DNA of 64,000 nucleotides, taken from NCBI RefSeq assembly GCF_000150275.1, contig NW_002060944.1:7702735-7766734 (forward strand). The letters are read 5' to 3'. The notes under the pieces are model-generated. The model ran no database searches and was not told the origin of the DNA. It saw only the letters and a program-made list of their open reading frames with translations. Both the position numbers and the translations under genes were made by a program. Positions 56,926 through 64,000 of the stretch are shown piece after piece; within the stretch, counting starts at the first letter, position 1, and every line of letters begins with the position of its first letter. The DNA is from Trichoplax adhaerens. Its lineage: Eukaryota; Animalia; Placozoa.

Positions 56926-58878
56926 ATGAACAGCTCAAGGAATAATAATTCAGCGGACTTAGAGGATGGTATCGTAGCTTCTAGGGTAAATTTGTATCGG
57001 AATAGACCCAAAAAGAAAATAAACAAGACATCGTGCCGTGGCAAGAAGCATCAAATAATTAAGAAATGTAACACGACGCCAAAGATAATAACAAGTAACG
57101 TTGATAGTAAATCACTAAGATCGAAGACAGCTCCGGCTAAAGTTAAAATCCAACCCAAATCCTCAATAAAGGTTAATTCGAAGATAGACAGCTATAATCT
57201 AAATTGCAATGTAAATAGTAGCAATGCTCAGATTAGTCCACGAACAAGAACTCCTAATATTACAGCGAAATCAACTATCGACTGTTATAATCCTAATCGA
57301 ATATCGATTAGCAAGGGAGTTAAGATCAATTTTGGCAAGAAGATTATTACTGGCGATGTAAGCGTTCGAGTTGATTGTCACAAAATGGACTATAGGCCAC
57401 CTAGGACTGACATTAAATTGAGCCCTCGAAAGGAAAGAATGGATTTAAGTAAGGTGAAAAGCTTAGTAGACTGCCATAATAAAGTACCTCAATCCACCCT
57501 TGAATGTAAAGCAAAGATTAGTAAAATACGAACTAAAATCAACCTGGAAAGTGTATGTAGCAAGATTGATAATTACAACGATAAGAGTTTAACGTTAAGC
57601 TCAAGAAAAGCTAAAGTTATCAGTAATAAATCAAGACCCAACGAAGTCCAAAGTAGTCGTATTGACTGTCGAAATAGCAGTTATAATCATTCAGCTAGCA
57701 GTGTTCAAATCTTGAATGAACCATCCGTAAAAGTCGAAGCTCATTCCCGTCTTCCTATGGATTACGCTGTAACTAAAAATCATTCTAAAGATCATGTAAC
57801 TATATTTCAAAATTCTGTTGATTTTAATCCGGTTACTGCGAAGGTTGATAGCTGTAACTATAACTTTAACAATTCAGCAAACAGTAAAGAGAAAGTGATT
57901 GTTTATCACCGTTCTAATGATATTGATATAGATGATATTGGTCCGGCGATAGATTGCCATAACAGGTCATTTGCTAATTCTACTAAAGAAGATACGAGTA
58001 CTTTGGTCTATGATAGTCCATTAGATATAAGTAAAGCGAATACAAGTAAAATTGATCATCACAATATTACATATCATCCAAAGGAGAGCTATGCTAATAT
58101 TAAGCAAGACGCAATTTGCTACCACGTCGATGCAATAGTTAGTTCGATAAATCATTCGTATCGTCACAATGAAAATAATGACATTAGTGTTGTCAGTAGT
58201 ACTGCTAACTTTAACGAAATTAAAAGTAAGATAGATCATGAAAATAAGAATTTAAATCAGGATAAGAAAGATTTGGCAAGGATTAAATCGAGTTTGATAT
58301 CCTATAAAGATATTCCGGCGAAAGTCAGCAATATTAATCCAAGTTATATTTTATCCTCTTCTAATGTAAATATCTGTAATTCCAAAGTTGAATGTGATCA
58401 AGTTGTACCTAAAATCGATTGCCATTTAACACAATATCCTACTCGGTGTAATATTTCATCCATTATTAGCGATAAATTAGATTATTCTAATATTCCAGGC
58501 AAAGTGGATCACAGTAATATCAAGTGTCGAAAAACAAAAACGAGAGCTGAAATTGTACAAGTGCAAGAGAATCGACAATATTACACTAGACCAGAGATGA
58601 ATAAACGTAGATATAACCGTCATTACGATAGTGTCAAGTATACGTCTACATCAGATGTTGATACTTTAACGAAATATCATGATCCAACGAATGTTCAATT
58701 TGTAAGCCGAGGCAAAAAAGCTATTTCTTCAACATATCAGGCTAATATTTTGACTTGTCCAAATGATCATTATAGTAATGTAAAGCCTAAGGTTGATTGT
58801 TTTAATTTTATTAGTGATAATTATCATCGAAAGCAGTACGATAGTGCGCGTTATACAACGATGGTTGAGGTACTTTAA
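56926..58878 (+). CDS. Intronless 650-aa protein with about 16 divergent tau/MAP2-like repeats of about 31 aa (putative microtubule-associated protein)
   Basis: Long ORF in AT-rich DNA with a periodic (S/P/A)K(I/V)D(C/H/S)xN core. DLSKVKSLVDCHN and KLDYSNIPGKVDHSN resemble tau DLSKVTSKCGSLGN and KLDLSNVQSKCGSKDN. Confidence 0.75.
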   Translation: MNSSRNNNSADLEDGIVASRVNLYRNRPKKKINKTSCRGKKHQIIKKCNTTPKIITSNVDSKSLRSKTAPAKVKIQPKSSIKVNSKIDSYNLNCNVNSSNAQISPRTRTPNITAKSTIDCYNPNRISISKGVKINFGKKIITGDVSVRVDCHKMDYRPPRTDIKLSPRKERMDLSKVKSLVDCHNKVPQSTLECKAKISKIRTKINLESVCSKIDNYNDKSLTLSSRKAKVISNKSRPNEVQSSRIDCRNSSYNHSASSVQILNEPSVKVEAHSRLPMDYAVTKNHSKDHVTIFQNSVDFNPVTAKVDSCNYNFNNSANSKEKVIVYHRSNDIDIDDIGPAIDCHNRSFANSTKEDTSTLVYDSPLDISKANTSKIDHHNITYHPKESYANIKQDAICYHVDAIVSSINHSYRHNENNDISVVSSTANFNEIKSKIDHENKNLNQDKKDLARIKSSLISYKDIPAKVSNINPSYILSSSNVNICNSKVECDQVVPKIDCHLTQYPTRCNISSIISDKLDYSNIPGKVDHSNIKCRKTKTRAEIVQVQENRQYYTRPEMNKRRYNRHYDSVKYTSTSDVDTLTKYHDPTNVQFVSRGKKAISSTYQANILTCPNDHYSNVKPKVDCFNFISDNYHRKQYDSARYTTMVEVL

Positions 58879-60080
58879 GCTAGATTTTGATAACTATTCA
58901 TACATTCGACATGATATGAATCTTCTAACTGTATATTTGTATGCTGGTGTTTATGCATGTCCCCTTGTCCATGTATATTAGCGAATGCTGTGTCATATTA
59001 AATATTTTATTAATGGCTTGATAATATGAATTTATTGTTGCATATTAATTATCCAATTTAATTTAGTATTTAGAATATGTTAGGATTAGATGCAATAAAG
59101 AAGATGAACAGTTTTACCATGCTATTCTGAGATTGTACTTGCATGGAGTTTTGCATGTATATCAGTATACTCATACTGAAGTGAACTAGGACAGTCATGA
59201 AAGAGTATAAGTTCTGCTTTATCGGTTGGATATCTGTGATCATTTCAGGTAGTCGGCATGTGCAACTAGGCGTACAAAAAATAGGATATGTATAGAAGTG
59301 ATCCGGTGATCCAAAGAGTAGCATCATGTTTAGGAGAGAAATCTCCATATTTTGTGATTCGGAATTTCAAGGTATTTTATTATTACTACAATACGATGAA
59401 ATAGAGAGAGAAATTTCAGTTATCCTTGATTGAATAAGGAGATTCCTGGTTTGGCTATCCAGTTACTCCTTAGCTGACTGAAAGGAGTGCAATCGATAAA
59501 AAATCGATTAAAATCATTAAGGATGGACGCATGAAACTTTTAAAATACTTGCTGTACTTCCTGAACTTCTCTCAATTCGTTATTGCTGCATGCAACCAGT
59601 ACACTAGTACAATACTGCGTTTTTTATTTTAAAGTTTAATATCTCTAAAAGTACAAAACCTACAGCTTTAAAGTTTTCAGATTATGATAGGTTATTTATT
59701 TATTATTACTCTACTCGGTTTGATATCAATTACATTAGCAATATTTTATCTGCATGAAGGCAGTCCATGTTGAATTAAACAATAAGATGCCGGTATCTTC
59801 TAAGCATTTTTATTTTATTTCTTTTGTTCTAAACTTTTGACTTTAAATCCAATTTCCTCCGTGATGCGATATCAAATCTTATTCCCGATTTTTACAATCT
59901 AATCGTTCAACTATTCAGCAATGTACTTAAATAGTCTGTTTTTAAGGATTTTACCTAGTTTTACTCGAAATTTAGTATTTTTTCGTAGCTAAACATTCCA
60001 TACACCCTCATTTCGGTACATTTTTTTGGCAAATTGCTGTACGATTTGGCAATACTAATTTTAAATTTGTGCGCTGGGAT

Positions 60081-60099
60081 AATTTTTGGACACCCTGTA
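60081..60099 (-). mobile_element. Possible solo Tc1/mariner-type terminal inverted repeat remnant
   Basis: Reverse complement reads TA-CAGGGTGTCCAAAAATT, a typical Tc1/mariner-superfamily end with a TA target. No partner end or transposase found. Confidence 0.4.
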
Positions 60100-60719
60100 C
60101 CTAGACTGGATCCTCCCTTGGACGGACAGACATGTGGTTATATTTGGTCAACAAATTGTGTCAAACACTTCAATTTGACAGTACTTTAGTATGCACACGA
60201 TACCCTTGCGCAGTTCAAGGATAGTAACAAAAAAAAAATAAATCGGCGAGATTCGCAGTTTTCTGATGAAAATTATAACGTTATCTCGCGTTGCGCACAG
60301 CTTAAATCTAGTTTAATTTGCTTGATTTAAGCGAGAATGACTTGGAAAAGACTTCAAAAAACCTACAAAGCAAGCACTGTGAACGACGTGTTCAAATAAT
60401 TGCGATCAATCCCAGATGACCTAATGCACACTCATTATTGTACTGCAGACAATCGATTCTGAATTCACAGATTTTTTCTAAATGGAGTAATATTACATTG
60501 TATTCCATTACCTGTTAATTAACTAAGCTCTGCTTGCAGGCAGTAACTTTAGATCCTAAAGTGTTCTTTAACTTAAATGAGTACAAGTGATTTAGAAAAC
60601 AGATACAAAAGATCCATACTGAGTAACTATTTTTCGGCCTTGTCTGGTATGAAAAGTCCGTCCACCCAAAGTCCATGTGTTTTTCTAGTGGTCCCTGACC
60701 ATAGAAGAAAGAAAAAATC

Positions 60720-60875
60720 ATATAGTACAGTATTACAGTATGGCGCTAACTTACTGTACTGTACAGTGTACAGTACCAGTACCAGTACTCAAATAGTACT
60801 GTATTAGTGTATTGTACAGTACTTTACACACATGTGCTTTACAGTACAGTATACTGTACAACTGTACAATACTGT
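60720..60875. repeat. CAGTA/TACTG pentamer-rich island upstream of the BAG gene
   Basis: tactgtactgtacagtgtacagtaccagtaccagtac and related runs. Confidence 0.8.
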
Positions 60876-60881
60876 GGTAAA

Positions 60882-60901
60882 GTTCTAGATTGATCCAGAA
60901 A
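60882..60901 (+). promoter_or_regulatory. Degenerate heat shock element candidate
   Basis: gTTCt aGATt gATCc aGAAa: four alternating nTTCn/nGAAn units, two with a mismatch, upstream of a BAG co-chaperone. Confidence 0.4.
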
Positions 60902-61268
60902 ACGAGTGCAGTAGAGAGCTATTGATACACAAAGCCAAGCATTGTCTCTATTAATAAGTACTACAATAGCTGTTATTGTTCATTGTAATCTGGAAAAGTC
61001 CTGATTGTTCTCATCTCAAGAGCAGGTAAAATATATAAGCTTTGCGAAATGAATTAATTTGCAAGTTTGCAGTAAAATTTCAAAAGTTATTCCGAAATTA
61101 TCGTATTCTGCAGGAAATTACTGTATTGTAGTGAATTTTCATTAAACTTGATCACAGTTGACAACTTCTTTACTCTATCTCAACTTGAAACTGTACCGCC
61201 GTATTTCAAAGTTGAAATTAAATCATTATCTGGAATATTTTGTTGACAAAATCTAACTATTGCAAGCA

Positions 61269-62749
61269 ATGTTACGTTTCAGTCATCCGTGGTTCGATTC
61301 TGTTATGCCCTTGAATAGAGGTTTTGCTGGAAGATACGTCAATCAACCCCAAAGAAGAGGTAAACAATATATAGATACTTGAACCAGCTATCCAACTACA
61401 GTACGAGAATGATGAATCGATGCATGCAGTACATTAGTAGTAGCATACTGGCTGGCGTGTTATTTAATTGAAGCCAGATTGACTTCATTATACAGTAATT
61501 ACTAATTTAGATATTTTTCAATAGTGTCAATTAATAATCAGAACATTAATATCATACTCGCATAGACTTACCAGCATCTAAACTACTGCTTTTATCCCCC
61601 ATAGGCTATATCAACCCCTTAATGGATGATTATCATGATGAAGAAATGGAATACGGGCCCAGAGGTTATCAGACTTCGGAGCCCGAGCAATCATTTCTAG
61701 CGTTTTCCCCATTTGAAAATCGATGGCCGATGTATTCATCTCATTCTACTGAAAGCCGATATTGTAGCGAATTTCCTAATCGCTCGACGAGCAATAATTC
61801 GATACCTCGACAAAGAAGGAGGCCTACAACAAAGTCTAGAAATACGTCTCATACAACATCATCACCTCGGTCATCAGCAGCTGATCATAAGCGCGATACC
61901 ATTGAATCTCGATTCGATCCATTTGGAATTTTTCCATGGTTTTCTAATCGTTATGATGAAAAAAGTGATAATATGCAAGAAGATAGTGATCCAAAACTAG
62001 AAGAAAATGAAACTTATGGTGCCTGTGAGAAAAATTTAGCAAATATTAATGAGCAGCCATTAAAGAATGCAGCTTCGGTATCGTCCGACGAAGATATATC
62101 AAGTGGCTCAGACGACGATCAAGCAATGGAGAAAGAGGTAAACAAAGATGCAATGGTTGAGCAACATAGGTCACTTAATACCGAGAGCACCCAACAGAAT
62201 TCTTCCTCTCTTCCAAATAATGACCAAGTTATCACCTCGTTGACTTCTGAAGAGGGATACGAAGCTGACAAATCATCATCATGCAGTGATGAAGACGGTA
62301 TTCATAAATCAGATGTACCTCACAACTGCCAAAGTAGTATGGTAAAAGAAAGTAACGACGTTTCTTCCGATGAAAACCATGAAGAAAGTGAAGACCAATC
62401 TAAAACTACAGATGAAGAAATGACAACAGAGATAGTAGACTCCAATGATACTAGTAGTGATAAAGAATCCGCTGAATATTGTACTATGCAATTGGAAAAG
62501 GTTAAATCTCTAGAAGATACCGTTCAAGAGTTAGCATTAAAAGTTGAAACATTTTACGGAAGCAAAAAGGATAAGGAATACCTCTATATTGATGAATCGC
62601 TCACTCGAGTACTCTTAGAGTTAGATCAGGTTGAAACACGCGGAATACAGCAAATTAGAGATGCTCGTAAGTTAGTTGCAACCTTTGTGAACAATATTAT
62701 TGACGAATTGGAATTTCGAGTTAATTCACATAAAAACGATTCGTCATAG
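61269..62749 (+). CDS. BAG-domain Hsp70 co-chaperone (BAG3/BAG4-like)
   Basis: Exons 61269-61359 and 61605-62749 join in frame. C-terminal BAG domain FYGSKKDKEYLYIDESLTRVLLELDQVETRGIQQIRDARK follows an acidic disordered middle. Confidence 0.88.
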
Positions 62750-64000
62750 TCATAGATGATATTAAGATTCCATTTTGTGATAACTGTTTATAAGATTTTT
62801 AATGTGTATATAATTAGTATCAAGGTATTGCTCTATTGTATGGTAATGGATGCATATGTTTGAAATGCGCTGTATATCTAAATTATATGTCAAATCATGC
62901 AGCTAGGATCATTTTCGGCATCGTTCGAATTAAGAAATGTTAAATTATTATGATTATTCTATTTGTAATGTAATTAGATAAATATTTATTCATCGTCTTA
63001 CAATTGGTTATTATTAGATATGGTGTATGAAGATTACTCTTTCACCAATAAATATCATTATTATCCAAAAAATGGCCTATTAGCTTGCTAAAATAGAAAT
63101 TTATTAAGAGCCTGACTACCGTAGTAATCGATATCCGATAAATCAGACCTTTAGACTGGAATATGTTAACAACCTTAAATTTTTACTTACGCGTATGTTA
63201 TATACAGCAGGATTTCTTGCCAATTATGTTATCGTGCTCTTCCCCGTATGAAACAAGAATAGTTATGCTGTTTAAGTTAAAGGATAAATAATATCTACTA
63301 GTTAGCACCTTTACATTGGGAATTTTACTAGAACGAGACTAATATCTAGGAATTTGCTATCAGATCGATTTCAGAAGTTATTCAATTTATAGGTACCATC
63401 GTTTATTATATATTAAACGTTATTCTTACTGGAATAGCAAGAACTAGTTTAATAGATTTCAGAGTACTGTAGCTGAATATAATGCAGCAGTAAATTGTTA
63501 GAGGGTATGGCCACGGGCCTATGACTGCAGACTTGTAGTTTATGATAGGGTACTAGACTAGCCTAGTTTTATTATATAATTATTGCGGCACAGTAGAATG
63601 CTGCCATTTCAGATTTACCAACTGTGAATAGTTTACAATGCATTTTACCGTGTTGTGATAACGTAAGAAGTTTGAAGTACCTAGATGTTGGTGATTATCT
63701 TTTTTTAAGTTATTGTAATGAATGTTAAGACCTGAAAAATTAACTCCATGCAAAAGCTTCTAATAATTGGAATTGGAGATAATCAACCTTAGTTTATTAC
63801 AAGATTTGAATTCATTCATTCATTAATTAATTAATCGATCAACTTGAACACAAGTAACCACAACTAAATCATAGTTAACTATAACAGTCAAAAATAAGGG
63901 TATTAGAATGAGCCACTGCTAACCGTAGCTATGATATTGCAATATATAATGTCCAGATTGGCAATGGCTTGTACCCGCCAAGTTACAACTTCAATTGAAT

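Overview
Eukaryotic, AT-rich, intron-dense animal genomic DNA. Introns are mostly about 70-250 bp GT-AG. The compact gene structure, an animal-type alternative oxidase and an intronless divergent GPCR suggest a placozoan such as Trichoplax (inference). Genes in order: 3' part of a Sidekick-like FN3/TM receptor (+); a small six-cysteine single-pass WBP1/VOPP1/TMEM92-like PPxY protein (-, reconstructed by hand); three adjacent degenerate tandem arrays; an intronless class A GPCR (+); an unrecognised gene of at least 8 exons that the ORF track misses (+, reconstructed by hand); LUC7L3 (+); ANKRD40 (-); U2AF2 (+); AOX (-); WDR60/DYNC2I1 (+); an intronless 650-aa protein with about 16 divergent tau/MAP2-like repeats (+); and a BAG-domain co-chaperone (+). 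Best leads: the tau-like repeat protein, which has an X-box-like motif placed like the one upstream of neighbouring WDR60; the hidden unknown gene; LUC7L3-ANKRD40 adjacency apparently shared with human; candidate poison exons in both splicing factors; and CAGTA/TACTG pentamer islands at promoters. No rRNA, tRNA or CRISPR array was seen. All splice models are manual predictions without transcript support.
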